Origin: Sminthopsis crassicaudata
Lineage: Eukaryota
Reading direction: 5' to 3'
Length of the DNA stretch: 64,000 nucleotides
Assembly (NCBI RefSeq): GCF_048593235.1
Contig: NC_133622.1
Location: 246,950,055-247,014,054 of the forward strand
Below, piece by piece: positions 12,965 to 25,500 of the stretch (within the stretch, counting starts at the first letter, position 1; each line of letters starts with the position of its first letter). A program made the translations under genes and the position numbers. The notes under the pieces are model-generated. The model did no database searches, was not told the DNA's origin, and was given only the letters and a program-made list of their open reading frames with translations.

Positions 12965-14549
12965 GTAAGAAAAGACTTGATTCAAATTATGTATATGTTT
13001 TTGTTCATATGAAATTTGTACCCAAATCGCCAGCAACAAAATTGTTTCTATAGCACATCAAATCAAAAATCATGTCTTTCTTATTTACCAATGTGACTTA
13101 TCTTCTCTACTGCCCAATAGTGTCCCATAGAACCACAGAATTTGAAAGTAGGAAGGGATTTCCTAGGTCATCTTGGCCAACCTATACCCCAGGGATTATG
13201 TAGCCATTAGTTAAAGATTTCCAAGAAGAGTGTTTAGTAAGCCCTTAACATTTGCCTTCAGGAAATCCAGTCTATGAAAAGAGATCCCAATGAAAATCTT
13301 ATAAAAGGAAAACAGTAGAGCATTGATTTCTTTGTGGCCAGATTATTTTTTAATCCCTAGGAATTTGGGCAGATGCTTGCTGACAGAGCTGTTAGAGCTC
13401 AAAGAGATGAGTCTGTAGCTGTAACATATTTAGCCTGACAATACAGTACATGCTTAATAAATATTTATTCCATTTCATTCCAGAGTAATTTTAGACTTGT
13501 CTTCAGTCTAAGACTAAATTTTCCTACAAGATACAGGTCCCACTTTGGGTATATAGGCTCATTTTATGGTGAAAAAAATTGAAGAAGAAAAATTAATCTT
13601 TCTCTGTGGCAATGAGGAAATACAGTTAACAAATTGGCCTACTGAATGCAAGCTGTTCTAATATTAGGTATAATGTATAATTGCTTGGTACTTGTCACAT
13701 TTCCCCCTCAGTTTTGTCATCATCTAAATTGAAGGCAGTGGATTAGAAATTCTCTAAGGTCCTTACTAGCTTTAAATCTTTTGTTCCTATTATTCACTTT
13801 TTTTTTTTTGCCCAGAGATCAAAGATGCACTAAATATAGTCAGAAAAATCCAAGTCAATCTACAAAAAATTATCACAATGTCTACTATTTGCAAGGCATT
13901 GTGCTCACTGAGGGGGGGATAGGAACAAAAATAAGAGTCCCTGGACCTCAAAAGTCTAATATTTTGTTACATTAGGGATTGGAGTAGGAGGTAGTAAGGG
14001 CCTTTATTTTCCCCCATGTGTCTCTTTCTATGTAGCTACATAGCCTTTCAGAAAGCTCCAAATGTCCACTATGTTCTTGAATTTTCTCCCACTCTTAAAT
14101 CCATACATGGATTTTCCATGCCTACTCTTAATATTAGGCAGAGACATTCCTCACTCTCCAAGAACTAATCAAAAAAGCCTCCATCTGAAAAATTATTATA
14201 AAAATATCTCAGGTTTTGAAATTAAGTTGATTACTGTACAAAATAAATACAAAAACCACTGGGGTACATAGGACCTATTTGGGGTCACCCATATCTAGGT
14301 AGGCACAGATATCTGTAGGCCATCTTAAAAACATATATTTGGAATAAATAAAGGATATATCTAGAAAAGCAGAGCAGACTGGAGAGAAGACATTCAATGA
14401 TAACAAAGGTTATCTGGGAGTGAGAAAAGGAGGAATTTTTCAAGATAGGATAGATATATTGTAGAGCATTAGCCTTGGTACCACTTATGCATTCTTATTT
14501 CTCTACCTCCATCCATCTTCTTCTATTCTCACCTACTCTATTTCTAGAA

Positions 14550-14770
14550 GTACTATTAGGTGGGACAATAGATAAAGAGCTGGGTCGAGAATCAAATCTG
14601 ATTTCAGACACATTAGTTATAGGACCCTAGGAAACTCACTTCACCTGTTTACCTCAGTTTCTTCAACTATAAAATGGGTATAATAATACCATCTATCTCC
14701 CAGCATTGTTGTGAGGTCAAGATGAAATAATATTTATAAAGCACTTAATATGGTATATAGCAACATATTA
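14550..14770 (+). mobile_element. MAR1/MIR SINE
   Basis: Core cctcagtttcttcaactataaaatggg followed by a MIR-like tail. Confidence 0.7.
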
Positions 14771-15440
14771 AATTATTATATTAATATTTATATTAATTAC
14801 ATTATTATATTAAATGTTTAATCCCTTGCCTCTTCCACTTTCCCCAGTAGATTTGTTTCTATCTTTGCCAAATATCTAAGGTCAGATCTGGGACCAATTC
14901 ACTGTTATTTTGTAAAGATGGGTTAATTAAGCTGTAAGACAATGAGATCAGGTTTGATTAGTTTAGCCCCCACTCCCAGAATACTATATGTGAAAGTTTA
15001 ACTACCCACAGAACTGGTATCAGCTCCATCCTAGGCATGTCTATCCTGTAGTCCAGTCAGAGTTATATGTTTCCTGCTCCCTGCCTCTAACATTATTCTG
15101 TCAAAAAAAATACTATTATTTCAGGGGTTTCTGTGAAACCCAGTGGTAAGTCCCCATTGGCTCAGCCTACTGGAGGTGGAGCAGTCTCCCATAGTACCAT
15201 TACAAGCTCTTTAATCTAAGAACTTGGCCTAAAGGCACCTGGAGTCAAGGGGGGAGAGAGGGTTGGGGGCCTGCCTTGGGCCCTTGTGCTGCCTCTCCCA
15301 GTGAGTCAGTCACCTTCCTATCACTGCCATTCTTGGGCAGCAGGACAGTGTTTTAGGAGCTCTCTCCCATCAAGCACTGTGAAAGCCCAGCTGCATGGGA
15401 AAGAACCAATAGCTAAGCATCTGTAATTATTCTCTTTCAG

Positions 15441-15593
15441 GATCACATGAGTCTTTACATGGATGTTCTCAGTGCCATGGTCTCTGCATCTGGGATTGGC
15501 GTCCTCTTCTACAGCTTATCTGTCCACCAGTTTCTCCAATGTGTTCGCCCTTCAGCAGGCAGCATATGTATCATGAGTGAAATCCTCCTTCAT
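15441..15593 (+). CDS. MS4A14: MS4A14-like exon 4 (TM3 and the two-cysteine extracellular loop, 51 aa)
   Basis: tctctttcag|GAT...CAT|gtaagt. MDVLSAMVSASGIGVLFYSL...CVRPSAGSIC follows the MS4A TM3 plus C...C loop pattern. Confidence 0.93.
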
Positions 15594-15654
15594 GTAAGTA
15601 ATTTTATTCCATATGTTGAAATCTCTTTGATTTATATTATTATTATGCCATAGG

Positions 15655-15860
15655 TTTTCGGTAGTTTTTCAATCATGTCCAACTCCATGTGACCCCTTTT
15701 AGTATGGTTTGCCATTTCCTTTTCCATTTCATTTGGCAGATAAGGAAAGTGAGGCAAACAAAGTAAAGGGACTTGCTTATACAGTAAGTATCTGAGGCTG
15801 GATTTGGACTCAGGAAGATGATTCCTGACTCAGGCCCAGGATAGATGTTCCACACCATAG
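15655..15860 (-). mobile_element. MAR1 SINE (RTE-type tail)
   Basis: Reverse RTE tail (catgtccaactccatgtgacccc...tggtttgccatttcc) joined to a core-SINE. Confidence 0.7.
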
Positions 15861-16519
15861 AATAAAATGTAACTGACCTAACACTCCAGCAATTCAGAGT
15901 GTACTCTGAGGCAGCTAGGTAATAACATGGATAGACTGTTGGATCAGGAAGACCTGCCTCAGACGTGTAAGAGAAGCATTTCACCTTAATCAGCCTTCGT
16001 TTCTTTTATCTGCCAATGAGGATAATCATAGCACCTAGCTTATAGGGTGATAATGAAGTTCAAATGGGACAATATACAATGCTGAGATCCTTAAAGAGCC
16101 ATAGAAACACTGGTGATTATTCTTGCTGTTCTTTCTTTCCAATACAATCTAACAAACACTATATATAAGGTCCTGGAAACAGAAAGACAAAAGAATCCCT
16201 GCTCTCAAGTTGCTTCTCCTCAACTGAGAGAGACGTGGCCATTTGAGGAGGGAGAGAAACAGCTATCTCTGGGAGAATCAGGAAGGACTTCCCAGAAAAG
16301 ATAGTCCCTGAAGGGAAGTGAGGGATTTTCGGGGGGGGGGGAGAGTGACAAGAAGCATCCAGGCATGGGAGGCAGCAAAGGTACGAGTTCAGAAAACAAT
16401 AGGTGGGCCATTTGGGCTGGAACACAAAAATGAGTGAAGGGAAGTACTGTGAAATTGGGCTGGCAATGTAAGGGGAGACAGGGAGGGGGAGAAGGGGTTG
16501 TTCTATCCTTGGGCCGTGA

Positions 16520-16745
16520 GGAGACTCCCTAGTGCCCAGAGTGCCAGGCCTGGAGTTAGCTAGACTGTTTCTGAGACTAAACCCAGCCTCAGACACACAC
16601 CAGCTGTGTGACTCTGGGCAGCCAGTCACCATCCTTCTTGCCTCATCTGCATCTGCAAAATGAGCTGGAGAAGGGAATGGTAAATCACTGCAGTATCCCT
16701 GCCAAGAAAGCCCTAAATAGGGTCATGGAGAGCTGGATACAACAT
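16520..16745 (+). mobile_element. MAR1 SINE inside an L2 fragment
   Basis: gctgtgtgactctgggc...catctgcaaaatgagctggagaagggaatggtaaatcactgcagtatccctgccaagaaa. Confidence 0.7.
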
Positions 16746-18799
16746 TTTATCTTGCACATAAATGGAAGCCACTGAAGGTTTTTAACAGGGAGCACAATCA
16801 TCACACTGGGGGGGTAAAGGAAGATGATGAAGGCAACTTTAGAGAAGATGAAGCAGATCCAGTGAGGGAGCCATTTTAATGATCCAGGAGAGAGTCAATA
16901 AGACAAGATACTCCATGAGGATGAGGGAAGAACAGGCAATGGATAGATTTCCAGTTGGGAAAGACTGGAGGCTAGCTCTGAAGCACCTCTACAAAATAGT
17001 GTTTTCCTAAGCAAAGTGAGGAAGTTGATGAGATGGCCTAGGTCAGCAAAAAAATTTTGAAGTTACTTCTGAGAGTAAATACTGTAAAGACTATAATGTA
17101 AATGGTACAGGTTTCAAATGAGTATTACTTAATGACTAACAAAGACCTGGATGTTTCTAGACATCGGAGGAGCCCTGGGTAGCGGCCTGCAACTTCAATT
17201 CTGGCTTCATAACTGTGGTCAGACCCCTTTTAAATCTATAAAATGAGGATAACAATATCCCCACTGTTGAAATTATGGACACATGGGAGAAACAAATAAG
17301 AGAATGGATGCAAAAGCCTAGTCTGATGATCCCTGTGTCCTGACAAGTCCCTTCCCTTGGTCTCATTTTCCATTTGTAAACTCAAGAACTTGCACTACAT
17401 TGTATTAACAACACAGCTGTGGTTTACTTACATCATTACATTGGAACCTCCTGATAATCTCACGTAAAGTAGATGCTAGTATTTACCTTTTACATATGAG
17501 AAAATGAGATATAGAGATGTTCATTGACTTGCCTGGGGTCCTAGAGCAAGGAAGTGTCTCAGAGTTGGGTGTCCCTCATTTCAAACCTCACAATGCATTG
17601 ATTATGCCATACTTCCTCTAAGATTATTTCTAGCTCCTAAATCCTTGAATCATTGTTTTTACTTACTCAGAAATGCCTCTTAACTCTCTATTCTACCTAC
17701 TCCCTAAAATTAAATAAAGCCCTCTGGAGCTCTAATTGCCACTAAACTTCATGATTCTTCCCATGGATCATAATTTCTCAGCCTTAACTTTTTGGATTGG
17801 AAGGACAGAAACTAAGGCATCTCAATATCTACTGAGAGATGCCAGTTTCCTCCATTCTCACTGACCCCCAGTGTGACTGAAAAAAGTTGTAACTTTTCTC
17901 CATTAAACAACGTAGCGATGTAGCAAAAAGCTATATGTTGTTCAGTTCAATAATTCATTTCTGTGGCTGGTCAAACAAAATTTACCAGAGAAGAACCAAA
18001 GGTCCTCAGTCTCCTGATTTAGTCTGGGAAACTACTTTAATCTCACTCATTCTGTGACTTCTATGAAAAGCCTGATTAATCCCAAATAAAGAGGACTTCT
18101 ATGAGTAAGAGACAATTTCTGAAGCAGGTCTTCCTGATTCTAAGCCTTTCATGCTAATCTCTCTACAATGACTCTTCATAAGGTAACCTTTCCCCAACAT
18201 TAATTGCTGGGATGAAGTAGGGGGAGAGGAATTATCACGGAACTATCTAAGGAAGACCAGTACTATCCACATGGCTTATGGGCTGAAGTGTTACATAGGA
18301 TTTGGGGATGAACTTAGATTGGTTTCAATTCTAAATCCATGGGTCATAGATATTAAGAGTTTGGATTGTTGCTTCAGTGACTTTATCCCAATCCTTGGGC
18401 TATGCCTGATTCATTCACTTAAACCACAGTTTCTCTGGTTCATGACCCCATACTGGTCCTTGTACCTGGATGTGGGGGTCATGAATTTATGATTTATTAT
18501 CAGTAAATTTTGTTTGATTTATATACCCATTTACATGCCCACATGCCTAGGGTCATATAAAAATTTCTTGAGCAAAAAGTGGTCATGAGTGAAAAAAGTC
18601 TTCTAAGAAGCCCTGCTCTAAACAACTCTCTAAAACTATAGGTTACAACAAAACTGCCCACCGGTATTGTTTAGAGAGAATCTCCTCACCTGGGAGAGAT
18701 CCTTATACCAATGAAATCAAAATTTTAGTCCCTATTCTGTGTTTGCGAAATTTGGGAACTAGCTGGGAGACAGGAAAGAAAGTTTAGATTAAATGGACA

Positions 18800-19800
18800 T
18801 TTCTCTGAAATGCAGGTCTCTCAGAGATTGGTCAGGGACAAATTGACTAATAATTGTATTCAAATAACCTGAAAGAGAATTTGACAAGGAAGCCAAATCA
18901 CATCATGTGAAGTTTAACAAGAATCAAAATGGAAAGTCTATATAACCTTGAATAATAATAATTGCCAAGCTTGACCCCTAAAGGAATTTCCCTTTCTCAT
19001 CTGCAAAGAGAAAAGACTATGGCATGGAACATCTCATATGTTGTCACACTTGATTAATATGCTGGTTAGTTTAGGGGAAATGTCTTTTTTTCTATGCTGT
19101 TATTTCTTTGCTTTAAGGGATGGCTCTTTGGAGAAAGGGAGAGAAGGGAAGGGACATACTTGGAAATGAAGGCAATTTAATTACAAAATCTATTGGACCA
19201 AATTTTAAGAATCTATTTAAAGTCACGTTTTAAAAAATCTACTGCACTAAGATTTTTCTGGGGATGATCTGCCTGTATTTCTTACATAACAAAGACTAAG
19301 AGATTTTGATTCTTTGTAATCTCCAAATGAGTTAGAAAAAGAAATGCTGATGTCAAAAGATCAAGCATGGTCTTAAGTGGTCATTGATAGAATTTCAGAC
19401 AGTCTAGAAAAAGGAAAGATCCTGGTCAGCATATAAATCATATCAAGAGAATGGTGTTACAGATGAACATTACATTTTAAGAGAGTCACTGACAAAGTAG
19501 AGTTAATTCAGAAACTGAAGGACCAAGACAATGAGATAACCAAAACCATCTAATATGAAAAAAAAAAAATTGTGAAAAAAATTGATGCTTATCTGTACAG
19601 GAAAAAAAACCATAAACTAGGTGAACCTATGATGGCTTTCTTCAGATTGCCTGAATGGTTCTCACCTGGAAGAGATTAGAGCCAATAGGATTCAATAAGT
19701 AGATTTTGGATTTATAAAAGAAAGAAGTCATTATTATTAGAACTGAATAATAATGAAATTCACTGCCTTGTGAGATGGGCTCCCAGAGTCTCAATTTTTT
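18800..19800 (+). mobile_element. Degraded CR1/L3 fragments
   Basis: gtgaagtttaacaag, gatggctttcttcagattgcctgaatgg and ctgccttgtgag motifs typical of the L3 3' region. Confidence 0.5.
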
Positions 19801-20389
19801 CCAGATCTATTATTCTCTGTTAGTATATGCCAAATAGGAATTTTCACTAGTACAAGGAAATGTGAAAGAAACAGGCCTTAGTTTATTGCTCTATATGGCC
19901 AGAGTTTCCAGAGAAGCTTAAACAATTATCTGCAAAGCCAAAATAGCAAGAGATCTTGTCTTCAATTCCCAAATATTTCCATTCCTTTCCTGCTCACCTT
20001 CTGACCTAGATTTCATATCAGAATTCCAGTTCAGAACAAGAATTCCCACAATTCTCATGTCTCATTCATAGCTATTCCCAGAACCAAGACAAGCTCTATA
20101 GGAATACAGTCATGAACTTCAACTTCAGAATGAGTTTGAGAACAAAGGGACCAAAGGCACTCATGGCATTTCCTTTGCAATGGTGAACATTTGAATTTTA
20201 CCTGATGGCAAAGACACTTAGAGTTCTATCAAATTTTTATAATATATACATATATTTATGTAACCATACATATTTCAAAATAATTGGTTTCCTCTTTAAA
20301 ATTATGTATTTTATTTTATGCATGTAAAAACATTATTCTGAGGAGTCTATAGGATTTCACCAAATGGGTCCATAAAATAAATTGACTTA

Positions 20390-20610
20390 GAGGCACCCAA
20401 GTGGTGGAATGTAAGGAGCTGAGCTCAAACCCTGCCTTGGACACTTCAAACTATGTCTTAATTTTTTAAAAGTCTTAAAACGAGTCACTTAACCTCTCTC
20501 ATCCTCAGTTTCTTCATTTATAAAATGGTGTCTACCCTCACAATATAGGTTGTAGATTCACTGAAATAATAAATGTTAAGAGCTCTATAAACCTTAAAAA
20601 TGCTACACGA
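20390..20610 (+). mobile_element. MAR1/MIR SINE
   Basis: gagtcacttaacctctctcatcctcagtttcttcatttataaaatgg core. Confidence 0.7.
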
Positions 20611-20819
20611 ATGCCAAGTCATTGTTTTTGCAGTGATGACGCTTTGATACTCCATCTGCAATGCGCTCATATCCCATGACTGTAGAAGCAAGTGAAAGCG
20701 AGGGGGGAGGTGACTGTCCTACTTCATGACTCTCTTGACATCATTCAGGTTCTGCCCATCATCTCAAGCCCTCTCAAATTTGGACAACTTCATTCTTTGT
20801 TCACCTCTGTCTCTTGCAG

Positions 20820-20924
20820 GGTATCCTGTCTGTCTTGCTGATCCTAATCATCATCCAATTCTCCATTGCTGCAATAGTCTTAGCCTTGAAGTGTAAAAGA
20901 ACAGGGGAAAGCTCTGCAGATGAG
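20820..20924 (+). CDS. MS4A14: MS4A14-like exon 5 (TM4, 35 aa); probable GC-AG donor
   Basis: ctcttgcag|GGT; GILSVLLILIIIQFSIAAIVLALKC is an MS4A TM4. No GT donor follows in frame. GAG|gcatgt fits a GC donor and keeps phase 0 with the acceptor at 22580. Confidence 0.85.
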
Positions 20925-22579
20925 GCATGTTCCACATCACTGAGAGAATCAAGACAGGCTGTGACATCTTGGAAGGTGACTGATTTGAGGGAATGGAATG
21001 AAGCACAGGAATCCTTTGAGGAGATAGCAGGGGGGAAGTTATATTAGTAAGGAAGTAGTAGGACATTTTCCACCTGGAAGAAATGTCCGCTATCTGGAGC
21101 TCAAAGAAGGCTGTTTCTTCCAACTTTCAGAAAGATTTCTTCTCCTTTTGTGCTTTTTTTTTTCTGGACCCAGAGCCCACATCCCTAATTGCCACTAGAC
21201 CCCTATGGTTTTAGGCCTGAGCTTGGCATTAAGAGAGTCATGGCTTAGAATCAACAACCACTGGTTTTATGACTGTGGACATTACATATTTAAATTGTCT
21301 GAGTCTGCATTCCATATGCAACTTGGGTGCATGAGAAGAGAGTGAATGTTCTTTGTAACACATACTTCAGAGAGTTTTGTCTTTTTTGTATGTGAAAACA
21401 CGCAGTATAGTCTTAGCAAAGTGCCCAAGAAAATACAAGAGAAAATATGAATATCTAATATTACTGTAACCTTGATCTTTGAGGGAAAGGAAAAATCTAG
21501 CACTCCCCTTGAAATTCTTGGATATGTTTATGAGTGCTTTTATGAAATGTTAACTGAACATTCAGAATTACTACATAAGGATTCAATTATTCTATATACA
21601 TAAGATCACCATATTTTCAAAAGATAATTAGTGGGAAAGAAGTTGAAAGGGAAATGAGAAAGTGTTCTGACATGAGCCTTGACCAAGGAATTCATCCCTC
21701 AGTGACCTTCTGTACCCTGAGCTGGACCAGTTCCAAGATGGCTCAACTTCCCAGGGGTCCTTGCTGAACCTTTTCCAGCATGGCAAAAATTGCTGTAGAT
21801 GAAATACCATTGGTACATGCTTTGAAAAGCTGGGTCATTTGTGTCTTCTGAAAAAAATTAGGGGACTGGAAGAGTTGTGCTTAATTCCAAATTAGGGCAG
21901 CTACCCATCCAATGAGTCGTTCATAAGTTCAAAATTCTATCCTTCTAAGACATTCAATAGTATGACTATAAAGTATGGAATCCCATCTAAGGTTGCCACA
22001 GGAAAAAAATATAAATAATGAATACCAGCTATTTGATTTTGGCTTATTTATTGCTTTGTTTAAAGATACATATTAAACCCAAAGAAACAGCACATTCTCC
22101 TGAAGAAATTATGTATCATTCTCTAATATAGCCTTAAGATACATTTTGGTGGGTAGAACCAAGAATTAGAAATTGTAAACAATTTTTGCCTTAGTGAAGG
22201 GAGAGGTAGTCAGTTCTTCCTTTGGATGAATCTAAAGTAAGTGTAAGCTATTTAAGAGAACAGGGTTGAACTATTCTACTTTACTATATTTAATTTTTTT
22301 TTTTTTTTGCTAATAAGAAGTACATAATTGTCACTTCCTAAATTCTCTATTGAGCACTGTACTTATCCTAGGGTGGAATATGATCAGAGTGGAAGTAAAG
22401 ATGTCCCAGTACCAAGGGGAAGAAAGGAAGATTTAATGAAGATAAGGAAGCAATTTAGAGAAGGCTGGGAATGTTTCGAAAGAGATAGATAGCTTTGAGG
22501 AGGAACTGTGGGAAGGATGATTTTTACAAGAAGTGACTATGGGGAGATTAATACCTCTCATTTCTGGTTGGCTTTATAG

Positions 22580-25500
22580 AATGTGTATTTCCGGTCTTCT
22601 GAAGTCAAGGAGCCTAAACAAACTGAGAATGTGGAAAACCAATTGCAGATCCAGATTGAGAAAAATCCTTCTGACAAAAATGAAGAAAAAAAATCAGTCT
22701 CCCTAATTAAGGGCTACACGTTCTTTAAACTAAGAGCTTTAGGAAGTCCTGTAACCCGCCCACCTCCTTGCACTACTACTCCTCCTCCCCCACCACCTCC
22801 TCCACCTCCTCCCCCACCACCTCCACCACCTTCCCCAAAAGTACCAGAAGAAAAGCTTCAAAAACAACGGTGCCCTACTCCAGCTTCTCCAAGTGAATCC
22901 TTGCAAATTTCATATTTCTCTGACCCAGGTTCATCAAGTGCATTGACACAAGGATCATCTTTCTTAGAACCATGCTCAATAGACAAATCTGTGCAAGTTT
23001 CCTCATATTCAGATCTAAGTTCAGGAGGAGAACTGACGGAATTTCCTCCTTCATCCAGCACAAGTTCAGTTAGTGAATCCACAAAATGTCTCTCTACCTC
23101 CAGCTCAGACGACGCCAATATTTGTCCCAAACAACCATCAGTGAGCATATCTGTGCAATTTCCTTCTGTCTCATGCACTACATCAAGAGAATTTGTAGGT
23201 ACCAAACGTTCAAGCATCCGTTTTGGGACCAAATCTGTGCAATGCCCTCCTATCTCGGGTACAACTTCCCCAACAGAAACAGAAAATGAAGATATCCTGA
23301 CCAAATGTTTGCAATTTCCTAATGTCTCATACACAATTTCTTCAACAGATGCTTTGGATACTTCAGACCATTTTAAACTGACCAAATCTGTACAATTTCC
23401 TTCTGTCTCATGCACAAATACAGCAATAGAATGCATAGATGCATCTGACTCTGCACTGACCAAATCTGTGCAATTCCCTTCTCTATCATGCATAGCTACA
23501 ACAACAGACGATTCAGCCTTCTTGTCACGGACAAAATCTGTGCAATGTCCTTCTGAATCAGGCATGCTTACAGCAAAAGACACCAAACTGACCAAGGCTA
23601 TGCAATTTCCTTCTAACTCGTGCATGGTTACAACAGAAGACAGCACACCTTCAGGCCTACTTGTACAAAGCAAGTCTATACAATTTCCTCCCTTCTCAAG
23701 CAGAACTACGTCACCAGATATCACAGATGCTGCACCTTCGTGCCAACTTGTACTGTCCAAATCTGTGCAATTCCCTTCTACCTCAGGCACAATTATACCA
23801 CCAGAAAGTCTTCCTCCATCCCATTTCAGTTCACTGCGTCAAACTATAGATACCACACCTTTCAGCACATGTGACCGATCTTCAACTCTGAAATCTCCAC
23901 CTCTCTCGCTCCCAGCTACACGGAGAACTACACCAGAAGCCACAGAAAGTGTTCCTCCATCCCATTTTAGTTCAATGCGTCAATCTGTACTAGATACCAC
24001 ACCTTACGGCTCACTTGACCTAACTACAAGTGTGATATCTCCACCTCCCTCAGGCCCAGCTACAAGAAGGACTACACCAGAAGTCCCAGAAAGTCTTCCA
24101 CCATCCCATTTCAGTTCAATGCGTCAAACTATGATAGATACTACACCTTATGGTTCACTTGACCTAACTACATCTGTGAAATCTCCACCTCCCTCAGAAC
24201 CAGCTACACGCAGGGCCACACCAGAAATCACAGAAAGTATTCCACCAACCCATTTTGGTTCAGTGCGTCAATCTATGATAGCTGCCACACCTTATACCTC
24301 ATTTGACCGAACTTCATCTGTGAAATCTCCACCTCCCTCGGTCCCAGCTACACGAAGGACTACACCAGAACCCATAGAAAGTCTTCCACCATCCCATTTC
24401 AGTTCAATGCGTCAATCTATGGTACCTGCCACACCTTTTGGCTCAATTGACCGAACTACATCTCTGAAATCTCCACCTCTCTCAGTCCCGGCCACACGAA
24501 GGACTACACCAGAACCCACAGAAAGTCTTCCGCCATCCCATTATGGTTCAGTACGTCAATCTATGATAGCTGCCATGCCTTTTGGCTCACTTGATGTGAC
24601 TACATCTGTGAAATCTCCACCTTCCTCGGTCCCAGGTACACGTAGGGCTACACCAGAAATTCCAGAAAATCAAGTCATGGAAGATTCCTCATTTCCAGGC
24701 CTTCTTGCACTGACTAAATCTATTCAATTTCCTTCTATCTCAGGCATGGCTATGCTAACAGAAGTCCCAGAAAATCAATCTCTGGAAGATACCACGGGCC
24801 TACTTGAGCTGAACAAGGCCATACAATTTCCTTCTCTCTCAAGCAGAGGCACATTATCAGAAGCCCCAGAAAGTCTTCCACCATCCCATTTCAGTTCAAT
24901 GCGCCCACCTATGATAGATGTCACACCTTATGGCTCACTTGACTTAACTCTGAAATCTCCACTTTCCTCTGTCCCGCCTACACGAAGAATCACACCAGAA
25001 GAAAGTCTTCCACCATCCCATTTTGGTTCTGTGCGTCAGTCTATGGTACCTGCCACACCTTTTGGCTCACTTGATCGAACTGTGAAATCTCCACCTCCCT
25101 CAGTCCCATCTACACGAAGGGCTACACCAGAAGCCACAGATTTTGGTTCAGTGCGTCAGTCTATGATAGCTGCCACGCCTTTTGGCTCACTGGACCTAAC
25201 TACATCTGTGAAATCTCCACCTTCCTCAGTCCCAGGTACACGTAGGGCTACACCAGACATTCCAGAAAATCAAGCCATGGAAGATGCCGCATATGCAGAC
25301 ATTCTAGCTCTGACTAAATCTGTTCAATTCCCTTCTATCTCAGGTATGCCAACAGAAGGGCCAGAAAATCAGCCTGTGGAAGACACCACACCTGCAGGAG
25401 TACTTGCCCTAACCAAGGGTATACAGTTTCCTTCTATATCAAGCAGAGGTGCATCAGCCGAAATCCCAGAGAGTCTTCCACCATCCCATTATAGTTCAAT

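Noticed and set aside
18420-18615. Possible hAT/Charlie-type MITE (also 20220-20380)
   Set aside because: Only one terminus (aagccctg) is recognisable, and no TSD or matching TIR could be confirmed.
22858-23790. 310-aa minus-strand ORF, plus others such as 29083-29652
   Set aside because: Antisense shadows of the real + strand CDS. Its Ser/Pro/Thr codon bias leaves few stops on the opposite strand, and there are no independent gene features.
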